From assembly GCA_051294375.1 (NCBI GenBank), contig CM119264.1, positions 4,241,392 through 4,305,391 of the forward strand: 64,000 bases of DNA. Reading direction: 5' to 3'. A model generated the notes under the pieces. That model was not told the origin of the DNA, made no database searches, and saw only the letters and a program-made list of their open reading frames with translations. Positions 14,884 through 36,396 of the stretch are shown piece after piece (position 1 is the stretch's first letter; every line of letters begins with the position of its first letter). The position numbers and the translations under genes were made by a program. Origin of the DNA: Paraspadella gotoi (Eukaryota; Animalia; Chaetognatha).

Positions 14884-17121
14884 TTAGGAAGCGCGGGCGA
14901 TGATGACGATGGTTTTCGAGAAAAAAAGTTTTGAAATGATTTTCTAACGAAATGAGGAGATCGGTGGCAACTGATTGATAATTGACAATGACGTAAATGA
15001 CCAAAATTGAAAACAATTACGAAGATGATAACGACGACGTCGATGTCCACTAGAATATGGTGGACAAATGACGAGGAGAGGACGAGGTCCATTCGGTAAC
15101 GACGACGACGACGACGACAACGACGACGTTCTTAATCGAGTTTGAAAATGAGAATGACCCTCGTTTTCAGACTTAAGGATAGAAAAAAAGGNNNNNNNNN
15201 NNNNNNNNNNNNNNNNNNNNNNNNNNNNNNNNNNNNNNNNNNNNNNNNNNGCCGCAGCCCGCTTCTTAAAATCCTTTCACCGATGATGACGACGACGAAA
15301 AATGAATCGACGAAGATGACGACGAAGAATATGACGACGACAAAAACGACGAAAATGGAAACGAAAAAAAAAAGACGACTTTCCATTTAAAAGTTCAAAA
15401 GATCATTTTTAAAGGATATTAACAGAATTCGGCCATTTGGATGTAATTACGACGGAAAAGCCCAAAACGTTTGTCATGAGAGATATCGATCAGATATGGA
15501 TCAGCTCAGTTTTTGTCATTTATTTTAAGAACAGATATTGGTCTATAGTGAATCTCTACAGCAACATATGATTTTTATTCGCTTTGTGACATGATTCTAT
15601 AAGACGCTTTTAGGTCTGACGACCTGTCTGTCTATCTGTCTATCTGTNNNNNNNNNNNNNNNNNNNNNNNNNNNNNNNNNNNNNNNNNNNNNNNNNNNNN
15701 NNNNNNNNNNNNNNNNNNNNNNNNNNNNNNNNNNNNNNNNNNNNNNNNNNNNNNNNNNNNNNNNNNNNNNNNNNNNNNNNNNNNNNNNNNNNNNNNNNNN
15801 NNNNNNNNNNNNNNNNNNNNNNNNNNNNNNNNNNNNNNNNNNNNNNNNNNNNNNNNNNNNNNNNNNNNNNNNNNNNNNNNNNNNNNNNNNNNNNNNNNNN
15901 NNNNNNNNNNNNNNNNNTATAAAAAACAAAACAAAACAAAACAAGACAAGCAAAGATGCAGTATGAAAAACAATGCACTGAAATCACGGACAGAAGTGGT
16001 GCAACCAAAATAAAACTATCCATTCATTTAATAAATAAATAAGCTATCTTGCCCCCTGGCTGGCTGTCGTGGGTTCAGGATTCCATCACAAGATAATAAC
16101 ATAGCAGGACCCTGGACCCTGCAAGCTTTCAATCAAGGCTCGCTCACCGTATAGTTTAGTATTCACTGGGAAGGTACCTGGCTTCTATATCAATGAAGTT
16201 ATATAGTATACTATTTCCAAAAAGTATTAGATTTAAGTATTAGATCGAGGAATACTATCGCGCTAGCATCAAAATACAAGGAGCTCTTATTAAATTTATA
16301 AAAAAAATAAAAATTTTCTATGTATTCAATAACCATGACACCAACAGCATCGACAGTGATTTAGACGACGACAACAACGACAACGACAACAACAACGNNN
16401 NNNNNNNNNNNNNNNNNNNNNNNNNNNNNNNNNNNNNNNNNNNNNNNNNNNNNNNNNNNNNNNNNNNNNNNNNNNNNNNNNNNNNNNNNNNNNNNNNNNN
16501 NNNNNNNNNNNNNNNNNNNNNNNNNNNNNNNNNNNNNNNNNNNNNNNNNNNNNNNNNNNNNNNNNNNNNNNNNNNNNNNNNNNNNNNNNNNNNNNNNNNN
16601 NNNNNNNNNNNNNNNNNNNNNNNNNNNNNNNNNNNNNNNNNNNNNNNNNNNNNNNNNNNNNNNNNNNNNNNNNNNNNNNNNNNNNNNNNNNNNNNNNNNN
16701 NNNNNNNNNNNNNNNNNNNNNNNNNNNNNNNNNNNNNNNNNNNNNNNNNNNNNNNNNNNNNNNNNNNNNNNNNNNNNNNNNNNNNNNNNNNATAGTGAAA
16801 AGCAATCTGTTCTGTTGCTTTGAAAGAGAAAGAAAAAGAAAAAACTGAGATAGAGAAAGAGAGAAAAAAAGAACATAGGAAAAAAGAAAGAAAGAAAGGA
16901 AAAAGAGANNNNNNNNNNNNNNNNNNNNNNNNNNNNNNNNNNNNNNNNNNNNNNNNNNNNNNNNNNNNNNNNNNNNNNNNNNNNNNNNNNNNNNNNNNNN
17001 NNNNNNNNNNNNNNNNNNNNNNNNNNNNNNNNNNNNNNNNNNNNNNNNNNNNNNNNNNNNNNNNNNNNNNNNNNNNNNNNNNNNNNNNNNNNNNNNNNNN
17101 NNNNNNNNNNNNNNNNNNNNN

Positions 17122-17157
<36 letters not shown>

Positions 17158-17768
17158 AGACTCCTAGATGTCATCGCCACCCACTATTCCATCCCTAAAG
17201 ACTAAATTCTCCAAAACATAAAGATCCTTGGATTCTCTTCAAATTTCCTCCTTCGATCCTCATCAGTCATCGTCGTTCAAANNNNNNNNNNGAAGAAAGA
17301 GAAAATGAAGAGAAATTTAGCCGATCAGCGCGGCTGCGCGGCTGCTGGCGGCGGCGCCGACGCGGCTGCTGCTTCCGCGGCGCTGTGGCTGCTGGCGGCG
17401 GCGCTGAGCCTGTCACTACTTTCTAATTCTGAAGGAAACGCGGCGAAAGACGGGGGGGAAGTGGTGATGGTGGCTTGGTGTTGAATTGTGGAGGCGTCAC
17501 TTGGTGGTCGGGGTGGTTTTTGAGGTGGTCGAGAGAGTCGGTGGTCGGAGTGGTGGTCGGAGTTGTCGCTCGAGAGGTAATTTGAAAATTCTGGAATTCT
17601 GTCGATGATTCAGCTTTTTATATGTTAATAAAAGTTATTCATTTTAAAAAATTTAGACTTTAAATTAAGGGAACGCACGATATGGCTACAACAAGAACAA
17701 CGACAGGAGAAAAATTTCTATATCGCCCTGAGGGAATCGTGGCTTTTCACAGTTTTTATAATCTCACA

Positions 17769-17800
<32 letters not shown>

Positions 17801-18259
17801 NNNNNNNNNNNNNNNNNNNNNNNNNNNNNNNNNNNNNNNNNNNNNNNNNNNNNNNNNNNNNNNNNNNNNNNNNNNNNNNNNNNNNNNNNNNNNNNNNNNN
17901 NNNNNNNNNNNNNNNNNNNCTCTCTCTCTCTCTCTCTGTCAGTCGATTTTAGTTATTCATCTCCTTTTTCAATCTTTTTTATCTTTCGCAATTTTCTTTA
18001 CATTTTCTCGACGTTAATTTTTTTCTTTTGTAATTTTTTTTTACATTTTTTTTTGCTTAAATGCATTTTTTTTCGTCATAGAATTTCATAAATTACACTT
18101 TTATTTGAATTATAAAAGTTCTTAAATAACAATTTTCTTTTAGCATTACTACTTGTTTCTATTTTTTTCTTTTCCTTCCTTATTTATTTGACTCTGTTTT
18201 CCACTTAAATCTTCCTTTGCTCTTTTCTTTTCTTTCTTTTTCTTTTTTACATTTTACTT

Positions 18260-18890
18260 TTCACTTTTTGTGATTTCTTTCTTTTTATTTTTTGTGATTT
18301 CATTCTTTTTAAATTTTTTTGATTTCTTTTTAATTTTTGGGGATTTTTTTTAAAAAATTTTTGTGATTTCTTTTTTTTTAAATTTTTGTGATTTTTTCTT
18401 TTAAATTTTTGTTATTTTTTCTTTTTAATCTTTGTGATTTCTTTCTTTTTATTTTTGTGATTTCTTCTTTTTAATTTTTTTGATTTCTTTCTTTTTACTT
18501 TTTGCGATTTCTTTTTTAATTTTTGTGATTTTTCTTTTAATCTTTGTGATTTTTTCTTTTTAATTTTTGTGATTTTTTTTCTTTTTAATTTTTGTGATTT
18601 TTTCTTTTTAATCTTTGTGATTTCTTTTTTTTAAATTTTTGTGATTTTTCTTTTTAATCTTTGTGATTTTTTCTTTTTAATTTTTGTGATTTCTTTCTTA
18701 TTAATTTTTGGGAATTCTTTCTTTTTAATTTTTGTGATTTCTTTCTTTTTAATTTTTGTGATTTTTTTCTTTTTAATTTTTGTGATTTCTTTCTTTTTAA
18801 TTTTTGGGAATTCTTTCTTTTTAATTTTTCTGATTTCTTTCTTTTTAATTTTTGTGAATTCTTTCTTTTTAATTTTTTTTCTTTCTTATT
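18260..18890. repeat. About 24-bp T-rich minisatellite (TTTTTAATTTTTGTGATTTCTTTC)
   Basis: More than 20 visible units. Confidence 0.9.
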
Positions 18891-20059
18891 AATTTTTTTA
18901 CCATTTTTTTCTTTTTCGTCAAGAAAACAATCCAATTTCTATAATTTCCGTCGAATTTTCCAGAACGGAATTAAAAAAAATATCATAAAAAATTAAATAA
19001 AAATATAATAGAAATAAATAAAATGAATCTGAATAACCCGAAAGGTATTAATTTTTAAGATCGTTGTTGTTGTTGGTATTCTCTGTTGCGTCGGGATCCG
19101 GATTGTCGTGTAAATTTAGTATCATTTAGATTGATTCAGTTTTTATCGTCGTCTATAAATAGTTGAAACAGATTCGACTAGAATTTTTGTCTTCTTCTTC
19201 GGTATCATTAGAGACGTTGGCGTGCGATGTTGAATTATGTGCGTGGCGTTAACGCTGCGCCATTCTCGTCCGTTAGGGTGTTTGGGCCGCGCTAGTGGCG
19301 TAGGTGGCGTTGGCAATGACATTGGCGCGGCGTGCTTCTCGGGTTGAGTGGCATTTCTGGAATAACTGGTACCGGGGGTCGCTTTGCTTACGCAGGCACA
19401 TTTAGAAGTTGGAATCTCCGTAAATTAAAAGGGACAACTTTTTGGGTCGTGAATGGAATAGGGAAGCCTTTGTTTTTTCTTTGTTTTCCTTTGCAATTGT
19501 TTCTTTGTTCCTTAGAAATTATTGTAGGTGAAACTTAATTTCTCTGTGCGGAAAATAATTGAAAGCCAGAGGACAAGTAAATTAAGTTTATAATTTATTG
19601 TTTTCAAAATTTTTGTTTTAAGGTTAAAAAGAAGAAAAAAATACTTTTTTACGATCAGCTTCCCTTTAATTATTACATGCCTTTTTTTTAGCATCGAAAA
19701 AAAAAATAACAAAATAAAACAATTAATCAAGTTGAAAACCTTACATACAAAAAGGCCATCAATTCGAAAGGGAAACTAAATGGATCAAAGTTTTATACAA
19801 CAAAATTAAAAAATCAATTATATTTTTGAATCTTTTACACGTTTAAACTAATCTCTTTAAAAACGGAAAGCGGCAATTTGACGCAAAAATACGCCTCCGG
19901 TATATTTATAGACAACATTTTCTTGTTTGTTTTAAAATTTTTGCATAAAAAAAACCGTCGAGCAAGGGCGGCGCAATATTTATCATAAAGGCTTAATTCG
20001 ATTATATTACAGCCAATTAAACTAAGAGCGGGCCGAGAGAGGGGGAGAGACAGATAGAT

Positions 20060-20166
<107 letters not shown>

Positions 20167-20361
20167 AAGAAGAAGATAGAAGCAGTATAATTATATATAC
20201 AATACAATACAAATTTACATCACTGAATAAGGAGAGAATAAGATAAAGAGCAAAAATGAATGAGGGACAAAGACGAAAGGAGAGCAAGAGAAAAAGAGAG
20301 CTTTCTCTCTTGCAATAGAGAGAGAAGGAGATAAAAAGTGAGACAGAGATAGAGAGAGCGA

Positions 20362-21468
20362 TTAATAATTGATTTCTTTCTTCCAAGGCCGTTTTTCGCT
20401 GACTCCCGGGAAGGACGTCGCTGATGCGAAGTCGATGACCATCGGGACGCATTTCTGAGAAATGGGGATTGAAGTCTGGGGAGGAAAACTAGGGGTAAAT
20501 GAGAGGTAAGTAAAAGGTAAGCGTTTGTTTGAGCGAAAGATCAAGCAAAAGAAAATAGAAAGTCTAGTGGAACAAACACGTTGCTAGTTTAGTGTAAGCA
20601 TTGCTTACTCGCCAACGATTGCAGTATTGATTGCATCATTTAAAACGAAATACTGCGTCGAAAGCCCACGTATCTTCTCATTGCTAATATGTGAATTCCT
20701 CCAGATTTTCACAGTGATTCTCACCAGCAACTCACCTCGNNNNNNNNNNNNNNNNNNNNNNNNNNNNNNNNNNNNNNNNNNNNNNNNNNNNNNNNNNNNN
20801 NNNNNNNNNNNNNNNNNNNNNNNNNNNNNNNNNNNNNNNNNNNNNNNNNNNNNNNNNNNNNNNNNNNNNNNNNNNNNNNNNNNNNNNNNNNNNNNNNNNN
20901 NNNNNNNNNNNNNNNNNNNNNNNNNNNNNNNNNNNNNNNNNNNNNNNNNNNNNNNNNNNNNNNNNNNNNNNNNNNNNNNNNNNNNNNNNNNNNNNNNNGC
21001 CGCAGCCTGAGCTTCGTAAACGTGGTCAACGCCGATTTCTCAGGCGTCGCATCCTTCGCCGCCTCAGCTAACGCCTGTTGCGAGGCCACCGGCGTTTCGT
21101 TGCCCGAAACTGATGCCCGGCGCCGCCACCGCCGCCGCNNNNNNNNNNNNNNNNNNNNNNNNNNNNNNNNNNNNNNNNNNNNNNNNNNNNNNNNNNNNNN
21201 NNNNNNNNNNNNNNNNNNNNNNNNNNNNNNNNNNNNNNNNNNNNNNNNNNNNNNNNNNNNNNNNNNNNNNNNNNNNNNNNNNNNNNNNNNNNNNNNNNNN
21301 NNNNNNNNNNNNNNNNNNNNNNNNNNNNNNNNNNNNNNNNNNNNNNNNCCCCCCCTTCTATCGCCTTCCACCTCTTATTACCGACATTCTGGCCGACGCT
21401 TGCGTCCTTCACTTTGGCCGACAATCTCTCTTTTCCATTTTGTCGGTCAGTCCGTCTCCAACGACCGA
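20362..21468 (-). CDS. Candidate orphan gene: exon 21468-20736 (partly N) plus terminal exon 20454-20362 (KCVPMVIDFASATSFPGVSEKRPWKKEINY*)
   Basis: TTTCAG acceptor at 21469, GAG|GTGAGT donor at 20735, TTTCTCAG acceptor at 20455; GC-rich; no family recognised. Confidence 0.4.
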
Positions 21469-23904
21469 CTGAAATTTATTGTTGTCTTAATTTGGATTCT
21501 TTCTTTGAATAATTAATTTAGTTGCAGAAAGTTTAGAGGTGCCTCTTTATATTTTATACATATGTATGTATTAAATATAAATTGTTATTAGGACGAATAT
21601 AGGACGAAAAAAAAAGAAGGGGTGAAGGAAATTAAAATGTTGTAGGAAGTAAGAAAGTACATAAAACATGAAAAAAGAAAGATAAAAAAAAAAGAATCAA
21701 AAAGGAAATATAGAAAGGAAAAAAAGAGAAACAAAGAAAGAAAGCTTGAAAAAAAAGAAGAAAAAAATAACGAAAGAGAGAAAGAAATGGAGAAAGAAAG
21801 AAAAGAAAAAAACAACAAAGACGAATAAGATTCGTCTCATCGAGAATCGTTCTCGTCTTAGATCAGAAAATTATTAAAAAGCTCGGCCAGTCGCGTGAGA
21901 GTCACGTGAAAGTCACGTGTCTCGACCACGTGACTCGACCACGTGACTCGACCACGTGATCAGACTGCGACGCCTTTCGCCGCCGAAACCCGATAACCTC
22001 GAGACCTGATTCCTTAAGTGACTCAGACGGTCCGAGCTGATGGAGGGAGAAAGAGTGGGATCGGAGAGTGAGGTTACAAATGAGAATGAGAAGAGAGAGA
22101 NNNNNNNNNNNNNNNNNNNNNNNNNAAAAAGAGAGAGATTCGCTGACTCCGGAAGGAAGTGCGTCGGCCTGAATGCCGTAAGTCGATCGACGCATCGCGC
22201 ACGCTCGAGTCGGACGGGCATGATCTCTGAGAAATGGGGATTGAAGTCTGGGAGCGATGCAGAAGCTAGGGTAAATGCGAGAGTAGAGTAAAGGTAAGCG
22301 TTTGTTTGAGCGACAAGATGCAAGCAAAAGAAATAGAAAGTCTAGTGGACAACAACACGTTTGCTAGTTTAAGTGTAAGCATATGCTTACTCGCCAACGA
22401 TTGGCAGGTATTGATTGCAGATCATTTAAAGAGCGAAATACTGCGTCCGTAAAGCCGACGTATCTTCTCATTGCTAATATCGCTGAACTCCTCCAGATTT
22501 TCAACAGTGATTCTCACACCAGGCAAGCTACACAGCTGCGTCCTTGAAGTCGTTCGTGTCGAATTGTCTAACGTTTCTGGATCTTTCAGCTAGGTCGAAT
22601 AATCACGGTTCGTCCTTACGCGGCCACGCGCTCCAATGTTCCAAAAGGCACTTGAGAGCTAATCATCGGCTGCTCAAGCGTAATAGACCTGCTGAGAGAT
22701 CACCGCCTTCGAGCGGCCCGAGACTTTGCGCCTGCCTGTCGAACCGCTCGCAGACGCTCCGTTCCGCGCAGCTCCCCGTCGACGCGCCGCAGCAGACAAT
22801 CAGCCCCCAGTTATTAGCGCGGTTTAGCGGAGCCGCGCGCCAGTGAGTGCTTCGTAAACGTTGGTCAACGTCGATTTCTCAGAGCCGTCGCATCCTTCGC
22901 GCCGCCTCAAGCTAACCGCCTGTTGGGAGGCCACCGGCGTTTCTCGTTTGCCCGAAAACTTATGCCGGCGCCGCCACCGCCGCCGCCGCCACGCGCCGCC
23001 GCCGCCGCCGCCACTAAATCAGTCCACCGGCCGCTTAAACGTGCGCAGGGCCGTAGCAGACTTAACCGCCTCGGCCGCGTCGCCGCCGCCGCCGCCTTAT
23101 ATGACGCGTCGGCGTAAACCCCGTCCCCCCCCTTCCTACGCCTTTCACCTCTTATTACCGGACATTCTGGCCGACGCATTGCGTCCTTCACTTTAGGGCA
23201 GACAATCTCTCTTTTCCATTTTGTCGGTCAGTCCGTCATCCAAGCGCGACTGAAATTTATTGTTGTCTAATTGTGATTCCTTTCTTTGAATAATTAAATT
23301 TCAGGTTGCAGTAAAGTTTAGAGTTCGCCTCTTTATATTTTATACATATGTATGATTAAATTAAATATAATTGTTATTTAGGACGAATATAGGACGAAAA
23401 AAAAAGAAGGGTGAAGGAATTTAATTGTTGTGTAGGAAGTAAGAAAAGTACATAAAACATGAAAAAAGAAAGAGATAAAAAAAAAGAAATCAAAAAGAGG
23501 AAATATAGAAAGGAAAAAAAGAGAAACAAAGAAAAGAAAGCTTGAAAAAAAAGAAGAAAAAAATAACGAAGAGAGAAAGAAATGGAAGAAAAGAAAGAAA
23601 AGAAAAAAAACAACAAAGACGAATAAGATTCGTCTATCGAGAATCGTTTCTCGTCTTAGAATCAGAAAATTATTAAAAGCTGCGGCAGTCGCGTGAGAGA
23701 TCACGTGAAAAGTCACGTGTCTCGAGCTCAACGTGACTCGACCACACGTGACTCGACCACGTGATCAGACTGCGACGCACACTTTCGCCGCCGAAACCCG
23801 ATAACTCGAGAACCTGATTCCTTAAGTGAACTGCAGACGGTCCGAGCTGATGGAGGGAGAAAAGAGTGGGAATCGGAGAGTGAGGTTACAATGGAGAATG
23901 AGAG

Positions 23905-23910
<6 letters not shown>
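20395..23910. repeat. Tandem duplicate of about 1.7 kb (20395-22100 vs 22139-23910), probably an assembly artefact
   Basis: Colinear copies separated by exactly 25 N (22101-22125); the second copy is full of 1-nt indels. Confidence 0.85.
21901..21960. promoter_or_regulatory. Cluster of five CACGTG E-boxes in GTCACGTG/CACGTGAC (CLEAR/USF-like) context
   Basis: CACGTG at 21903, 21914, 21927, 21940 and 21953. Confidence 0.5.
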
Positions 23911-23940
<30 letters not shown>

Positions 23941-24165
23941 GAGAGAGCAGAGAGAGAGTCGGAGAGAGGAGAGAGAAGAGAGAGACTTTTGATTATTTTG
24001 ATTTGATTTGATTTTATGCTCAAAATGTGATGTTAAACAGTAAACAATGTAAACAGTAATGAGCCTACATGATACATGTAATGTACCACATTTTAAAGAA
24101 ATGTAAATTAAATTAACAAACAAAAAATTACAAAGTAGGACTAATTATATACATAGTTTTATAGA

Positions 24166-24251
<86 letters not shown>

Positions 24252-24904
24252 TGAACCAGAAGACAAAGACATAATGTCGGAGAGAGTGAATTTTGTTTAA
24301 AGGTTCTTTTTTTTATCACGTTTCATTATAAAAAAATAAATGTGTATTGAACATTGAACAACGAATTGATGATATTATTTTCTTTTCTTTTCTTTTCTTT
24401 TCTTTTCTTTTCTTTCCTCCAATCTTCCTCCCTGCAGAGCTCCTCCGCAAATTGGGCAAGAAATCCTTTACATACGAAATGCGATTGATATTTCCTTCTC
24501 CTTCGGGCCGGACGATGAAAAGAGGAAAGGGAGGAAGGGGAGGGAGGAAAGGAGGAAAGGAAAGAGAGAGAGAAAAGTCGGAGGAAAAGAAGGAAGGGTT
24601 ATCAAGGATAGAGAGAAAGGAGAAGAAATGTGGACGATGGTTCAAAAACAAAGGACAAAAAAATGAAAGGAAGGAAGGGTGATGAAGGAAAGGAGGAAAG
24701 GAAAGAAAGAGAAAAAAGTAGGAGGAAAAGGAGGAAGGGTTATCAAGGATTTAGAAAAAGGAGAAGAAATGTGGACGATGGTGAAAACTAAGGTAGAAGA
24801 CAAAGGACAAAAAAAGGAAAGGAAAAAAAGGTGAGAAAGTAAAGGATAGGTGAGGAAAAGAGGAAAGTGACGATGAGGAAAGAAAGTGCGAGACTGGAAT
24901 TGGA

Positions 24905-25142
24905 AATGAAGGAAGGAAAGAAAGAAGGTGAAAGAAATAATGGAAGGAAAGAAAGAAGGTGGAGGAAATAATGAAAGGAAAGAAAGAAGGTGGAGGAAAT
25001 CATGGAAGGAAAGAAAGAAGGTGGAGGAAATAATGGAAGGAAAGAAAGAAGGTGGAGGAAATAATGGAAGAAAAGAAAGAAGGTGGAGGAAATAATGGAA
25101 AGAAAGAAAGAAGGTGGAGGAAATAATGGAAGGAAAGAAAGA
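24905..25142. repeat. About 31-bp purine-rich minisatellite (GAAGGAAAGAAAGAAGGTGGAGGAAATAATG)
   Basis: About 7 units read directly. Confidence 0.9.
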
Positions 25143-25802
25143 TGAGATAATTTCGAGTGAGAGATAAATGAATGAAGGAAGTCGAGCGGTCAACGATGAA
25201 ATGGGAGGAAAAAAGTGAAAATGAATATCGTATGTTTCTAAGTTGTGGGGAAAATAGAAGGACAATTAAACAAAATAACGGGATAAAAAGAAAAAACTCA
25301 AATAGGAATAACAATTTAAAGATTTAAAGCTTTAAATATAACAATGTGATTGCATAGTATTGATTTAAAAAGTTCCTTTGCCAAATAATGATGATAAAGG
25401 GTAGTTTCGCACCATCTGATTTCCTTTTTCACGTTTTTCTCCTTTCTCTCTTTTTGCTTTTGGTTAACTTATTTATCAATTTATCCTTATTCTAAGAATT
25501 TTCTTTTCCTCTCAAGATTTTTATCCCCCTTTTATACATTTTTTTTCTTTTCCTTTTCCCTTAACGATGTCATTTTAATCTTTTCCTTTTTCTTTCCTCC
25601 TTTCCACGTCCTTTCCTTTTCTCCCAATCCTCTAAATCTTCCTCCTCCTCTTCCTCCTCCCCCAACTTCTCCTCCCCTCCTCTTCTTGTTCCTTCACTTC
25701 CCTTCCTCTTTCTTTTTTCTATCTTCCGACTTCGCTTCTTTAGATATTCTGTACAAAGCCTTTTATTCAAATTCCGGAGCCCACAAATTTTCATGGAAAG
25801 TC

Positions 25803-33800
<7,998 letters not shown>

Positions 33801-33856
33801 TCTCTCTCTCTACTCTCTCTCTCTTCTTTCATCTCTCTCTCTCTCTCTCTCTCTCG

Positions 33857-33889
<33 letters not shown>

Positions 33890-34439
33890 TTCACCGAGCT
33901 CCATGGCAAAAGAAATAACTCATTCCTATTCAAACGACTTCCCCTCAGTTTTAAGGTGAGGAGTTGAGCTAGAATCGACTGAAGGTGAGGCTCTTCAACT
34001 TAAAATTCCTCTAATCCTTTTTTCTTTCCTTTTTTTCTTTCATTTTTCTTCCCATTTTTTCCCTTTTTTTCTTCCCTTTTCCAAAAAAAAAAAAAATATC
34101 TTCCGTCTCTCTTTTTCATTTTTCCATCAAAGGGATTTTTTTTAAAAACTCTCTGATCAGTTTCAAATCTCGAAACGTTTTTTTTTTTTTTCAGATCTAT
34201 TTTGGGTCGAACCTTACTTTTTTGAACTTACCACACTTCTATTTTTTTCTCTTCTTTACCTCCATTGGAATATTCGTCGTTCTTATTTGAATTTAAAGAC
34301 TTTCTGGGACCGTGGGTAAAGTAGGAGAGGATTAAAAAACAATTTTTTCCCATTTTTCAATTTCCAAAGGCTTTTAAACGCTGAGAGGAATCAACGTCGT
34401 CGTCGTCGTCGTCGGTCGTCGTCGTCGTTATCGTCGTTT

Positions 34440-34467
34440 TCATGTCATCTCCTCGTCTCGTTCTCTC

Positions 34468-34500
<33 letters not shown>

Positions 34501-34527
34501 TTCTCTCTCTCTCTCTCTCTGGTCTCT

Positions 34528-34558
<31 letters not shown>

Positions 34559-34613
34559 TCTCTCTCTGTCTCTCGTCTCTCTCTCTTCTCTCTCTCTGTC
34601 GTCTCTCTCTCTT

Positions 34614-34702
<89 letters not shown>

Positions 34703-35222
34703 TCTGTCTCTGTCTCTCTCTCTCGTCTCTCTCTTCTCTTCTCTCTCTCTGTCTCTCTCNNNNNNNNNNNNNNNNNNNNNNNNNTGGCGTTTCTCTCCTC
34801 TCGCTCTCTTCTCTCTCTCGCCTGTCTCTCTCTCTCTCTTTTTCTCTCTCTTCTGGTCTCGTCTCTCGTCGTTATAGCATCTCTCCGCTCTTCTCCTCTC
34901 GTCGTTTTTTAACGTCGAATGTCTCCTCTCTCTCTCGTATCGCAATCTTTCATGGTGCTCCTCTCTCGTGCCCCTCTTCATCTCTCTCTCCCTCTCTCTC
35001 TCCTCCTCTCTGTTCCTCTCTCCTCTCTCTCTCGTCATCTCTCTCTCCTCTTCTCTTCTCTCTCTTCTCTCTTCTCTCTGCTCTCCTCTCCTCTCTCTCT
35101 CTATGTCTCTCTTCTCTCTCTCTCTCTGTTTCTCTCTCTCCTCTCTCTCTTCTGTTCTCTCTCTCTCTCTCTCCTCTCGTCTCTCCTCTCTCTTCTCTCT
35201 CTCCTCTCTCTCTTCTCTCTCT

Positions 35223-35253
<31 letters not shown>

Positions 35254-35375
35254 ATCTCCTCTCGTTCTCTCCTGTCTCTCTCTCTCTTCTCTCTCTCTCT
35301 CTCTCTGCTCTCTCTCTCATTACTCTCTCTCTCTTCTCTCTCTTCTTCCTGTCTTCTCTCTCTTCTCCTCATCCG

Positions 35376-35455
<80 letters not shown>

Positions 35456-35456
35456 G

Positions 35457-35508
<52 letters not shown>

Positions 35509-35577
35509 GTCTCTCTCTCTCTCTCGTCTCTCTCTCTCTCTCCTCTTCTTTCTCTCTCTCTGTCTCTCTCTCTCTGT

Positions 35578-35609
<32 letters not shown>

Positions 35610-35650
35610 GTGTCTCTCTTCTTCTCTCTCTCTCCCTCTCTCTTCTCCCT
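34440..35650. repeat. Long noisy (CT)n tract containing a 25-N gap
   Basis: Dinucleotide repeat with frequent indels. Confidence 0.9.
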
Positions 35651-36050
35651 CCTTTTCTTCTTAACCTTTCCTCTCTTTTTTCCTTCATTTTTTCTTTTCT
35701 TTTTTTTTTCTGTCTGGACTTGAGAATCTTTTTGATATTCAAAGCAAAGATGAAACTCATTTATCCTCATTTTCCAATTCTTTGTTTTTCTTAATACTTT
35801 TTTCTATTTCCATAATGAACTAATCATTTATCAATTTCTCCATGTTTTGAAAATTTTATTATTCTATTCCATTTATCATTTTATCATCGAATTTTTTTTT
35901 AAATTTTTTAAATTTTTTTATAAATTTAAAATGTCGTAATTCGATTAATTCAAAATATTTTAAAGAAAAAAGCCATTAACCAATGTCTATATATTACGAC
36001 CGAGTTGTTAAACAAAAAAAAAAGTAACCAGAAAAAGTAATAAAAACCGT

Positions 36051-36396
36051 TGATTGGTCCGAGGTTTTGACCCCGTGTCGATTAACTCCGCCCGCCGCCG
36101 CGCCAACCGCCGCCCCGCGTCGCCGCAGCGCCGCCCATCGCTTCGAAGGAGAACAAAACGCGGAGGACATATGACAGCCGAACATAAAAAAAAAAAGACA
36201 AAAAAAGACAAGAGAAAAGTTAAAAAAAAAAGGTAAAATAATGGAAATTGGCGCCGAGGACGGATCCGGCGAAGACACAGGGGGCAGGACTGACAGATGG
36301 ACGGAGAGGTCGCGGGGGGGGAGGGGCCGTGGGAGTATTCGAGAGGACGAAGGGGACAAGTTTCTTTGAAAGGGACCGGCGGGACAGATGGTAAGT
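36051..36396 (+). promoter_or_regulatory. GC-rich island with an inverted CCAAT box, GC boxes and a strong splice donor (candidate promoter/first exon)
   Basis: TGATTGG at 36051, CCGCCC at 36088, CAGATG|GTAAGT at 36385-36396. Confidence 0.3.

Noticed and set aside
13868-15092. Long ORFs spanning N runs, here and at other gaps
   Set aside because: Their length comes from unknown bases.
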